Origin: Lobosporangium transversale
Lineage: Eukaryota
Direction: 5' to 3'
Assembly (NCBI RefSeq): GCF_002105155.1
Contig: NW_019029001.1
Location: 1-64,000 of the forward strand
DNA length: 64,000 bases
Part shown: piece by piece, positions 52,297 to 64,000 of the stretch
Numbering within the stretch: the first letter of the stretch is position 1
How the letters are laid out: each line of letters begins with the position of its first letter
Notes under the pieces: generated by a model
Databases searched by the model: none
What the model saw: the letters and a program-made list of their open reading frames with translations, nothing else
Told to the model about the DNA's origin: nothing
Made by a program: the position numbers and the translations under genes

Positions 52297-54058
52297 ATAA
52301 AGGAGAAGAGTTGTATGTGTTTCTTAATGTAAATGAGTCAAGGAGTAAAGTGGGGAAAAAAGACGAGTGTGTGTCTATGCATGGTTGTTTTTTTTTTTTC
52401 CACTCTGTGCCACATCTTTGCACATGCATGCATGTGGCACAGGGCAAAATCATCGAATGCTTGCATCGCCTTCTCGACCGAAACAATAAAAACAGACAAA
52501 AGGACTGCAACATCCATATCAAACATTAAACCTGCCTGGACTACTGATGATCGCTCTCATTTCATTAAAAATCGGAAACATGAACGTGTATTAATACATG
52601 TAAATATATATATATTTATATATATATATATATAATATCTATATATTATGCGTTTGTAACTGCCAGTGTGGAAGATGAGCCCATGCGTTGGATTATTTTT
52701 ATTTATATAATTAGCCATGGTTTCTCCTCTCACACGTTTTCTTGCCATCCTTTTTGTTTCCGTTGAACACAAGATTTCATTAACAACAGTGGTTTGTCGA
52801 CTACAATGCAACGCGTTTCGCGTTTAGATCATTACCAATGCCAATCACAATAAACATGCATATTTATATAACATAATACTCTCTATTCTATGCCCCTATG
52901 TCACTATGCTCCTATGTCACTATGCTCCTTTGTTCCTTTGTTCCTATGCTGCTATGCTCCTTCTGTCTTTTTCTCTCTATCTTCTTTCCTGTCGCTTGCT
53001 GTAACCTGCACCCTACTGTATTTGGTAATGTGCAATTAAGGAATACAATAACGCGACCAAGGCAATCGAGGACTCTGCTCATCTATACGTACAGAGCGTC
53101 ACATATATATCTATGACATGTACACGTACATGTTACTCTAATTGCATTGGGCTGCATTTATGCATAAGACAATGTCTGTTACCCTGTCCAATTCATTTCA
53201 CTTCTGCCAACCAAAGCCCCTTCCTCTTTCTCTCCCTCATCCTTTCATCCCTCTCTTTCTCTCTTTCTCTTCTTCTTCTGATCCGTCCTTCCTTTTCCCT
53301 CCCTTCTATTTCATTGAATTGCTCTCAACAGTCCAATTGATCACTACATCACTTCTGTTCTTTGCTCCTCCACTTTACCTTGACATTTCTTCGATTTCAC
53401 TCAATTGCTGCTTAGCCCATCACCATCGTCTCGTCCCTTCATCCAAGGCATTAGACTGTACTCTCTCAACATCTATACACACACGACCGCCTTTCTTTAC
53501 CCATTATCTCAAAAATACTCTTGACTTCCATTGCACATAAATGTAAGTAATTCACTTCTCCCTTGGCCAGATCATCTGTTCCTAGACTCTGGACATGGCC
53601 ATCCACAACAACATTGTCTACATATAGTATCAGTAGTGGAGAAGCTATTGATCAGAAAATACCCTTCCCCCTTTTCCAAGTTGGGTTAGGCTTTTGAGCA
53701 TTGACTTCATTTTAAAAATATGAGCCCTTTTTGTGTGTTTGTGTACTTCTGATTCTTGAAATACAGTAAAAAGAGTAGAGTCAAGGAGAATAGCATTTCG
53801 AAGAGAAATCAGCTTTTTATCTGGGGGAATAGTTTTTTTTTTTTTTTGTTGGTATACAGGAGCTGGACCCAGACAAGAATCTGAAGGGCCCAGAATGTGG
53901 CTCACAGAGAGAGCGACATGTAAATTTGTATGCATGCATGGCTATTAACCTTCTTCATTCATTTTATTATTTGTTTTTCCTAATCTTTCTCACACTAATG
54001 ATTCGATAGTATCCGGCTTTGTCTTCCCTCGTTTTTATCTGTCTTTAATCTTGCGACT

Positions 54059-54948
54059 ATGAATCCTACCAGGTCCAGTTACGTCGAATACGGTACAGGT
54101 AATTGGGATAAAACTTGTTAAGGGTTTGCTTTAGTATATGGAAGGTCAAGATAAGGCAACATGCAGTATAGATGTTTATTCTGATCATCTTTTTGATTGC
54201 TTATAGGAAACATGTTGAATCTGGATGCTGGTACAATTAAACGTAAAATTGACTCCAACGAATATGACGATGAGATAAATCAGGAAGTTCAGGTATAGGT
54301 TGAAAAATACCCTTGCGGATCATTGGTCCGATCATGATCATCCACTGCATCCTTTATTGACCTAACTTTTTGTTTGTCTCCCCTTTTCTTCTTCCTGTAC
54401 AGCCAAATGGAAAGCGAGCATGCAGTACTCTGAACCAGGTCAAACAATTCTCTCCATTCGGGTCCACATTTAGTCACCAGACTCTCCATTCAACTTCCAA
54501 TGGACAAGCCTGGCCTCAACCTCACACAAGCAACCCACCAGCTTTTTCCAATACTGCAACCTTCAACTCAAGTACAGCCACCCATGCTGATCCCTCAACT
54601 CAGTCGTCTGTGTTTATTGCCCCCTCTTCTATGGATATCGATATGGAATTGACGCCTACCACTGCTCGTGATTCTTCTTCTATACTCCAGAACCCCAATA
54701 CATTTCATAACTCGGCAGCTTCTTCCTTGGTGAACCAAAAGTCCCATCATACCAACAATAACTATAACAATTCTAGCAACACAAATGGCAACACTCAAAA
54801 CGAGTACGTTCCTGTGCATGGACGCTCTATGGAGATTCCTTCATATACTCGTGCGCCATTGAACGAGGTCCGTAAATATAGGGACCAGCGATGGAGCTCT
54901 TGTATTTACGGAACAGACAGTCGCATTGGACAGGGCATGATGATCTAA
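54059..54948 (+). CDS. Hypothetical S/T/N-rich protein, 3 coding exons (probable 5' UTR intron ~53543-54010)
   Basis: MNPTRSSYVEYG|NMLNLDAGTIKRKID...QEVQ|PNGKRAC...GQGMMI*; in-phase GT..AG introns; no family recognised. Confidence 0.6.
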
Positions 54949-55667
54949 GTAGAGAGTGAGACAGACATGTGCACGCTCTCCACTCTCTCTTTTTTTTCTC
55001 TCTCTTTTCCATGTCTTCACACATACACGTACAGACCTAATATCCAGCAATTATCGCGTCAACTCAAGGAAATATGAGCATAAGATGAGTAACTAGGAGC
55101 GAGGGTTTTAGGGATGCTATGTAAGGAGATAGAAGGAAGATGGATTGGACTGAATTGGTATTACAGAGTGAAATGACTGTGTCTTTTTTTTTACATCCAA
55201 ACCGTTATCACAAAAAAGGAAAAAGGAAATATAATTTTAATTGTGGGTAATTCTGAGCAGGAGGCAGGGGGTACAGAAAAGAGAAAAAAAATGTGGAGAG
55301 GACTGTTCACATCGCTCATAGCTGTACAGCTTTCAGTTGATACATTCTAAAGGCGGTGTTTTTTTTTTTATATTATTATTGGTTAATTTGTACAACACAA
55401 CCGAGGAAAAAACAGAAGAGGACGTGTTAATAGAATTGGTTTTTGCAAAGAGAGATTTTGCCTTCCCCCACTTCTCATCAAGCCTTGACCAACAGAGCTT
55501 GCCCACACGCAAATAGAAGTAAATAAAAGAAGACAGAAATATAATCTTTATTGATTAAAGAATAAAACAAACTAAACGAAACAATATATGCGATGATGAT
55601 ACAAATGTTTGCTGGCTTTCCCGCTAGCCCAACCTCCAATTCTCAATGATTTCTTTATTTTCCCTTC

Positions 55668-57379
55668 CTAGTCAGATCGATAATGCCCCCATGCATCATC
55701 TCGCGCCAGCACCAACTCAGCTGCAAATAGAGCAAGGCTTAAAAAGCTATTTAACCAGCCCCAGATTGCCAACGACGGTTTCAAGTACCCAAAGTATTGC
55801 AAAAGAATGCGAGTATGAGTCATTAACAGCACAGGTTTAGCCATGCTGGCTAAAAATGGCATCATCCCTATACTGACTAGGTCATCATCATCATCATCAT
55901 CACCATAGACATCTGATTTTCTTCTACTGCTTCTGGTATATCCATGGCCATTAGCCGAAGACGATGATCCAGAAAGTCCGTCCTGTCCGATATTCAAACT
56001 TGGAGCAATATGGGACACAGCGACAAGGACACCCATGCGGTAGAGGAGACTTATGAGTACATTGGGCGAAAGCGCACGGACCAAGACTGTCATAAGTTGA
56101 GAGAGATGAACCATTGCTTGGATTGTGATCCGTTCAGCATCCTGTAAGGTCAGGCTGTAGCAACGTAATAAGGTACAATATACATTAAATTTACGATTGT
56201 CAATCTCTCGCTTGAGGACGAGTCACATTTAAAGAATTACCTTCGAAGATAAGGAATAGAGAATGGTCCGAACTGTACCGCGCTGTGAAGAGGCATGACG
56301 GCCTTGACAGGTCCGTTCTCAATAACCTCGTTCCTTGCTGCAATGTACATGCTCATGACCATATAGGCAAACTAAGATAGTGTTGTGAGAAAAAAAAAAA
56401 AAAAAAAAAAAAAAAGATTGAATGAACATGATTCCAAAAAGAAATAAAGACAGCCGTGTAAAGATTGTACTGCATTGCCTTATTACCAGAAAAGCTGTAT
56501 CTGTAATGACGCCTCTTCCAGAGACAAGCGCAATGATGGAAAGGACAATGGTAAGGGTCATGCAACACCCAATGACAGAAGCTGATTTGACGCTTGGTAC
56601 GAGTTCGGGAGAAGAAGCTGCATAGAGATGATAAAGCCCAAATCCAGAAATCACATAAACAGATGCAGATAGCACTAAGAACGCAATCTGATTTCGCAAC
56701 AGTGACAAGGCAACATAAAAAGAACAAGGTTAGTAGCTGACACGGTAGCTCATGTTTTTCAATAGTACATTCAAAGCGGGAGAAAAAAAAGCCTTTGTTT
56801 TACCTGATACCCATCGCTTCTTGCTGCAAGACGACGAATGAGTTGAGAGGACTTTTGGATTATAAGGATAGTGCCAAAGCCCTCGAGAATGGTAAGGACA
56901 GGATCTGAGCCTTTAATAATGGACTCCCAGAACCAATGTGATCCCGATGTACCTTTGGTTGATCTGAACATTGCAAGGAATAAGAGTCCGACGACGATCA
57001 AAGGCTCAAGCATAATACCGCTCTTTATCTAAAGTATAGCAAACAGGAAGGAGAAAAAAAAAAAAAAAAAAAAAAAGTCAAGCACCACCATCACTGTGGA
57101 TAAAACTAAGAGTACAGTAATGGGTTTGTATTTATGCCTTTGTATTTTTAAGGAGTGAGAGAAAAAGCAAAGGGAAGAAAAAGATGACAGTACCGCAACT
57201 CTGATGGATCGCCTGGAGACAATGCGCCGGAAGAACACCATGGCGATATACCATGAGACTAACCAGAGTGAGTATTCAAGTCCACAATCCTTACTGACAT
57301 CGAAAGCCAGGGTGAGTAGGGCTAACAAGGCGAGATAATGTGCTCCACGCCAACTCGTTCTGAGCAACGAGAGTAACAT
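55668..57379 (-). CDS. ICE2: ICE2-family multi-pass ER membrane protein, multi-exon
   Basis: LTLAFDV..DCGL.YSL, LTILEG..TILIIQ, GRGVITD, P.V.ISLLYR, PVLLMTHTRILL. Confidence 0.75.
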
Positions 57380-58156
57380 GACTTTGTGTTATCGTGTAGC
57401 GTGAGTAGCCTGGCTCGCTGTTCCTGCTCCCGTTTGGTTGTTTTGTTTCCTTGTCTCTCTTGTTAAATTGTCCCTTTTACCCCTCGCCTAACTTTTATTA
57501 CTCTAATAATGTTCTTTATAATGAGTTGTGGGCTGTAAACCGGGAGGAATGAGAGGTATGAATGTAGGTAGATATGGGTATATGTGTATAAAAGGGATGC
57601 GGTAGAACAATGTAAAAGAAGCGTAGTGTGTGAATATGGGTGAATATAATGTAAATGTGTGTGTAAGAGTGAATGAATGTGAAGAGTTGAAGTGTGTGTG
57701 AAATTGGAGTCAAAAGGAATAAACAGATCTCAGCCACATCCTAGACAACAGAGGGATACCGCGACGCGCAAACTCTTGGAGATCTATCAAGTGGAAATCC
57801 TAAAATAATCTTGACTTTGATATGCTCCCAATAGCTCAGTGTCCTTTAGTTCTGGGTCGATGCTTAGGGGTGAATATCTACAATAGATGTGTAATGCAAC
57901 AACTGAGTTCTCTCTTTTCATTGCCACCACATAAAAAAAGCGCTGTCAAAACAAAACATGTTTGGATGAAAGAGTAAAACTTAATTTCAGTGGCAAAACA
58001 TAAAAATTAAAAATGAACACTGACACTGTTGACACCTTTTCTTTCTGTCATCTTTCATCCTTCATTACAACAACAACATCTCATTTTAAAAGAAATTCCA
58101 TCAGTCTCTACAAGAACCCTATTCTTTCGAAAACAAACACTAGAGCAGTCTCAACC

Positions 58157-60324
58157 ATGAGTAGCGACATTAACAGCAATACAACTGAATATTCCACTCT
58201 TACGCTCGAGAACACTCTCGACGATTTACCAGAACATGATAATGAACAGTCAATACAGCAGGGACAAGGAAAAGAACGACACATCCCGCAAGCATACGCT
58301 GTCCTCGCCTCACTCAACTCCACTATCCCCGATATCCAACTCAAACAGATCACCACTGTTGTGGGACGAGACATCTGTACTTGAACAAAAGTGTCATTTG
58401 CTTTGTCTGAAAAAATATGCTCAAAAACCGTAGCCGGAAATTGATAAATTTTTTTTTTTGTTTCCTCATCTCTGTAGCAAAATGCTCTGAAGGAGCAGTA
58501 CTTGCAGACAAAATTATTTCCAAAGTCCATTGTGAGCTCTTGTTGGAATCGTTGACGGACCCTGGAGCCGTAGTTTATATCAAGGATGTCTCCACAAATG
58601 GTGTCTGGGTTAATGATACAAAAATTCCTAAGGATGAATTATGCGAGATCACTCACCGCGATATCATCACTTTCAAGCCTGGCCCCCATAAAAGCATAGG
58701 TGAGTGAGGAGGGCTCTAGTATTAAACAGTGTTGGCATCAGTTGCATCTAAAAACAAAAAAATTAACGTAATATTTTTCTTTGCAAATGTTTGTATCTTC
58801 GTCCTCAGCGGATGGTCCAACATTTGTCTTCATGGACCAAAGAAAAGCAAATTCAAAGCGCAAAAATGTAGATTTGGATGCTAGCACCTTAGATAGTACA
58901 TCAGCTTCTTTAGAGGTAGACACCAAAAAGAAGCGAAAACTGGAGGATTCAAAGGAACAAGGCAGAGGCCAGGATGAAAGCAAATATACTCAGAATGATA
59001 ATGCTAATCAAAACAATGCAAATGATGGATTTGAAAAGGAGTTCGGATGTGGCATCTGCTATGAAATCATGCATAAACCTGTTGTAATGCAACCCTGTTT
59101 ACATGCCTTCTGCAAAAAGTGCTGCAAAACCTGGTTCCGAAGGTAAAAAAAAGGTTTTCTCAGTCTGATTTAGTCGTGCTCGAGATTGGACCACCTACTC
59201 AAAGTGCGTCACCTTGTTTTTTATTGAACATTTTTTGTGTAGCTCATCAAATTGTCCAGCCTGTCGACAAGTTGTCAATAGGACAAAGAAAGACTTTAGG
59301 CTTAACAACTTGATCCAGCTCTTCATCGAATCTAGGCCGGAACTGAAGCGAGATGATGAGGACAATGGCGCAGAAAGCGACGTATCAGATCTTATAGGGG
59401 CACGGTCGGATAGAAGGCGTCGATATGACTATGGGCACAGTGATGATGATGAAGAGGACGAAGAGGACGAAGAGAATGAAGATGAGGCTGCACAACCTGT
59501 CTTACTTCCACCTGGATTTGGTCTTCCACCCAGCTGTCCATGCTGTGACTCAGCCAACACACTGGGATATGTTTGCCCTGATGCAGTACGACTAGGCCCT
59601 TTACCTGGCCAGGCGACTTATGCTGACTATTATGCTAGACGCCAGATCCAGCCTGGACATGCTCAATGTCCACAATGCAGACGACATATTCCTTCTCTCC
59701 CGGCAACCGTTCCAGATGCTGTTGCAGATAAATTCCGATGTAAGTTGCTTTCATCATAGACATCGAGGATTACCCAGCATGTTACTTAATTTGTGCTCCA
59801 TATTATCTGTATCCTAAATAGGCAAAATGTGTCAAACTCCAAGTTGTGGCTGCGGCCTAAAAAGTGTAGAAGATAGAATTGAGGGACATTGTACAATTTA
59901 CGGTTTTTTGAACCACTATGAAGAGCGGGTGGCTCTAGATTACATGGCAGCAGAGAACTTGACCTCTCAAAATGTGTGGGAAGAAATTAAGGCAGGTATG
60001 GATCGCAATATGTTCCACTACTTGGTCCCAAGCGAGCCCAATGCTCGAGTGCGCAACTCTGCAATTACAAGTGCAGATAAGATCTGTCATGAATGCTCTC
60101 TACACTTTTTCCGAAATGGCCCCCTTTTCCAATGGCGTAAGAATCTGGATTCCAACAGACTGCCAGCACAAGTAGCTGCACGTGAGGATTGCTGGTGGGG
60201 GCGTGAATGTCGCACGCAGTATAACCCTACAAACCCTACCCATGCTACCAGGCGAAACCATATCTGTGAACGGAGACATCGTAATAATAACAATAACAAT
60301 GGTACCAACGACGATGGTACCTAG
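58157..60324 (+). CDS. CHFR: CHFR-type E3 ubiquitin ligase (FHA, RING, Cys-rich region, PBZ), multi-exon
   Basis: FHA (VGR...ISKVHC...DVSTNGVWVN), RING (CGICYEIMHKPVVMQPCLHAFCKKC...CPACR), PBZ (REDCWWGRECRTQ....HATRRNHICE). Confidence 0.88.
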
Positions 60325-60521
60325 AATAATAGCAACAATAATGACGTCGATTAGCAATGGTAACATTTAAAAGACCAGGTAGCCCTTTTTTAATAAAAAA
60401 AAAAAAAATTAAGTCCTGTTTTATACGATCTTTACTCCTTGCATCTCTTTAAATTATCCAAATAACTAAATTTATAAAAAGTAAAACTAAAAAAAAAAAA
60501 AAAAAAAAAAAAGAGACTTGC

Positions 60522-63500
60522 TCAGGGATTCATATTGTTCACAACGCGCAACAAGAGCTGGAGAGAATGCAAATGAGGGCTACTGTCACCACTGCTCATT
60601 ATCTTTCCATATGTCTCTTCCAGTCTCATTTGGACAATAGGAAGGATTTTGGCCATAGGAGGGCCTAACTTTGGATCCTTAGGATCTAGACGTCTCAAAA
60701 TTTCTTGCAGCCATGTCAACTTGGTACTTAGGTCCTGACTTAATTGTTCATTTGCAAGATAGTGTGTGAGTGCCAACAAAACAGGCTGACTAAGCGTCCC
60801 ATTAGGATTGACTGACGTTGGCTGAAACACGGCTCTAGGAGAAACCTTACTACAGGTTTGGAAAACAAGATTAGCATCATCGGTTGACAAAGCCTCCGTA
60901 AATGCCTTTTCAAACTCCCCGAGTGCAATAAGTTGATTAATGGTTACGGACTGCTTAGTTTCAACTGGCGAAGCTTGCTGAGAGGCTCTTCGGGGCCCAA
61001 GCCCACCATCAGCGCCACCCATAATGTCATCACCTTGCAGCGTCCTTTGAAGACCACTGATATTATTCCTACGCTGCTGATCATGTCTTTGATATCCACC
61101 TCCGGTACCAGTGTTGATGTTGGAAGAGAACTGATCAGGTTGCGCCTGCGCAACTTGAACAAGATTGAAGAGCCTCGACTGAATGCCCTCAACAGTTGAA
61201 GCAATCTTATTGACATTGGTCGTGAGAGTTTCAATCGAATCGTGATCCTTCTTGCTGGTTGATGCCAAATCCTCGATGCCAGCTTGGAACGCAGCATGAA
61301 TCTGCTGGAACATGGCCTGAGTCGCCTTTTGATATGATGGAATCAACACTTTGGTAAAGCTGTCCTTGAACGACTCCTCAATGCACGGTCGGATCGATGT
61401 CGCAACCTGATTACTTAGGTTGCTGAAGAAGGTAGAGCTTTCCATAATATGATGGATATTCTGGTTTACAGATGCTTCAACAGCAGTTGGCAATGTCTAC
61501 AGATTAGCACCACGCAAAAAAAAAAAAAAAAAAAAAAAAAGATCAACATTTTTACCTGGGTACATTGATCATTAAAAAGAAAAAAAAGCGTCAAGAGTAC
61601 TCAAAGGATCTTCTTTCGTACCTTAATCATGGCGTCATTGATATTCCGTGAAAGCTGACGCTCTACAGCAGCGCCAACAATCTTATTGAGCGACGGTACA
61701 ACAGAGTTTTGTATCTCCTTATGGACAGTTTGGACTAAAAGTTGCTCAGTGTTCTTAGCCAAAGTCTGCGAAATCATTTTCAAAACGACTTCCTGTCTGG
61801 CGATTTGGTCTTGATCCATCTTGCGGTGTTGCAACTCTAATTCAGCGGTCAACTTCTTTTCAAAGCGAGCCGTAATCTTGTCCTCCATTGACTGAAACAT
61901 TGACTGAAGTTCATTTATAGAAACTGTAACGTGGCCTGCTGACATTGCAGTTATAGATGACTGCTCAGCAGTGGAAGGCCCTTCAGCTGCCTCTTGATGG
62001 CGGTGGGATGCCTGCCGTGAGTTGCGTCCAGACGGCCTAGTCGTTTCTGACACGGGTTTGATATCAATAGAGGCTTGCCCCTTTTTATTGTTTGCGCCAT
62101 CTGCTGCTGAAACGCTGGTTGTCATGTCTTGGCTAGTTTTCCTTCCACCACGTCCTGAGGCACCAGATTTAGTAGGGTCCTTCTTTTCAGAACTCTCTGC
62201 AGGGAGCTGAGTATCTGCTGTAGAATTGCGCTTCTTTTCTTTAAGCTTTGCGATGGCACCGTTAATGACAGCGCCATGAAGCTTGATGGTTTTTTCAGGT
62301 TCCTTTTCTTGAGTCTCTGCTGCCGCGATAGAAGCTGCTATGACATTTGAATCTACCACGGCTTTATCAGCCTTGAAAGATCCTGTAGACTCAGAGCCCT
62401 CATTAGTCTTGCCTGACGGTGAATGGGAAGATTTGGGTGTACTTGTCTTTGAAGTAGATCTAACTTTTGGCTCAGTAGATTTGACTGAAGGTGGAGCTGA
62501 GATAAATGTCTGACATTTGTGTTTGTCATGAGGCTCGAGACCTTTGATGATGTATTGCTGGACAGCCTTGGTCTGGATACAGTACACTGAAAACCCGTTG
62601 TATTCCAACGATGAGTCCGGCATAACCACAAAACTGACAATGTGCTGTGGCATTGGATACTCAATCATAAAGTCAAAGGTCGCAGTGCATGGTGCCGCCT
62701 CTGCTGCTGCGCTAGCTCTAATGTAGGCCGCTTGATCAACATTGTTGGATGGCATTTCTGCTTCGGATGTTGATGTCACTTTTACCTTAAGCCCAAAGAG
62801 CGAAAGGCGGACACTGTTTGCTAAAACCAAACTTGAAGTCTCGTAGTCATAGCCCACAAAGTTGAACATTCTCATCTCTTGTAGGCGCTGCGCAGCTTTG
62901 CCAACAGAGGTACGACGAGTCGATGAAGGAGGTTCCTTGAAAATAAACTGGTCAAGTGGTCCTGTACCACCAACCCACCAGAGGCTTAACTCGGTTCCAC
63001 GACGGCAGGCAGTGACAACGCAGCGGGATGTAGTGGCGTCGGTCTGGTCTACAAAAATTGCATTCGTCACGCCTAGCCCGCCATGAGGAACAAATTCGTT
63101 CAACAAAGCATTCTCTGATGGTGCGTTAATATCCCAGAATTTGACTGATCCATCTTCGCTGGCTGTGACGAGAACAGAGCCATCACGAGAAAAAGAAATG
63201 TCATTGATTGCCTAAAAATTTAGAATGAGATGGGTTAAAAACCAGCAACTAATCTATCAGCACTTTATATCTTGCTTATGTCCACTAATACAAACCTGAT
63301 CATGGGCTTGAATAACGGTGGCATGCGTCCAGAGTTGCGCCTCGGTGAGCACGGGGGAACTGCCTTCCTGAGATTGGACAAGATTGCTGATATCGATGAT
63401 CAATACAGAGTGGTCATCATTATTCACAAGGGCTAGCTGCGATGATTTAACAGGGCTCCAAGCAATATGGCTGTAGCGCGGCTGATTTGATTGAGGTTCT

Positions 63501-64000
63501 CCGATCAGCTCCAAACATTTTGAGTATATTATATCAGTCGCATCGTGATCTGAGCCGGAAAGTTCCCAAATAATAAGCCTACTATCTTTAGCAACACTTG
63601 CTAGCAATTGGGCTCCAGAGTCTTTTGCATTAGCAAGCGAGAAGCCCATATCAATGACCTGGTCAGTATGACCACGAAGGAGAGTACGGTGTCCGAGCGA
63701 TTGTTCAATGACGCGGATTTTACCACCTAGTGTTATGGATCATAAATCCATTTCCAGAGTATTATAATGACTGTATGTGAATTTCAAAAAGATGAGTGTC
63801 AAGAAGAAACTATTGGAACTTGGGCTTGAACTAACCTTTAGCAGCATAACTGATATAGCCCTTGCTAGCAGCAACCATTTTTCCATGGTAATACTCTACG
63901 TCAGTAGGAATAAGTGTGATAGGAATGGTTTCCAAGTCTTCAGAGAAAATTGCCTCTGAGTTGTCAAGCCCGGTATCATACGTCGTCACTCCAGACCCTG
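60522..64000 (-). CDS. EDC4: Enhancer of mRNA decapping 4 (Ge-1/VARICOSE-like), 5'-partial
   Basis: WD40 N-terminus (GKIRVI...RTLLRGHTDQVIDM), coiled coil, conserved C-terminus FEKAFTEALS...LSQPVLLAL...KLTWLQ...LDPKDP. Confidence 0.85.

Noticed and set aside
60322..60363. Possible readthrough extension of CHFR (TAG, Asn-rich codons, second TAG)
   Set aside because: Low-complexity AAT/AAC tract after the PBZ; no evidence for function.

Overview
Intron-rich fungal DNA, most consistent with an early-diverging Mortierellaceae-type fungus (inferred from gene content and intron style, not from a search). It has two compartments. (1) 1 to ~20 kb is a transposon nest: an apparently intact spliced Mutator/FAR1-type transposase; a tRNA-Lys(CTT) gene wedged between a probable Mutator end and a Ty3/gypsy LTR; a truncated gag-protease; an unrelated reverse LTR; two nested Tc1-like elements that both have an unusual DD39E triad and inverted inner end-motifs; an internally deleted MULE; and an intact 6-exon PD-(D/E)xK-like gene with decayed neighbours. 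(2) ~20.5-64 kb is a compact housekeeping region: alpha/beta hydrolase, a 74-aa bacterial-like membrane protein (not in the ORF track), WRAP53/TCAB1, LAMTOR5 (not in the ORF track), RNF5-like RING, ankyrin protein, ARF6, a ~4083-aa CH-CH/rod/GAS2 spectraplakin-like giant with an internal 717-bp repeat, a hypothetical gene, ICE2, CHFR and partial EDC4. All family calls come from motif recognition by eye.
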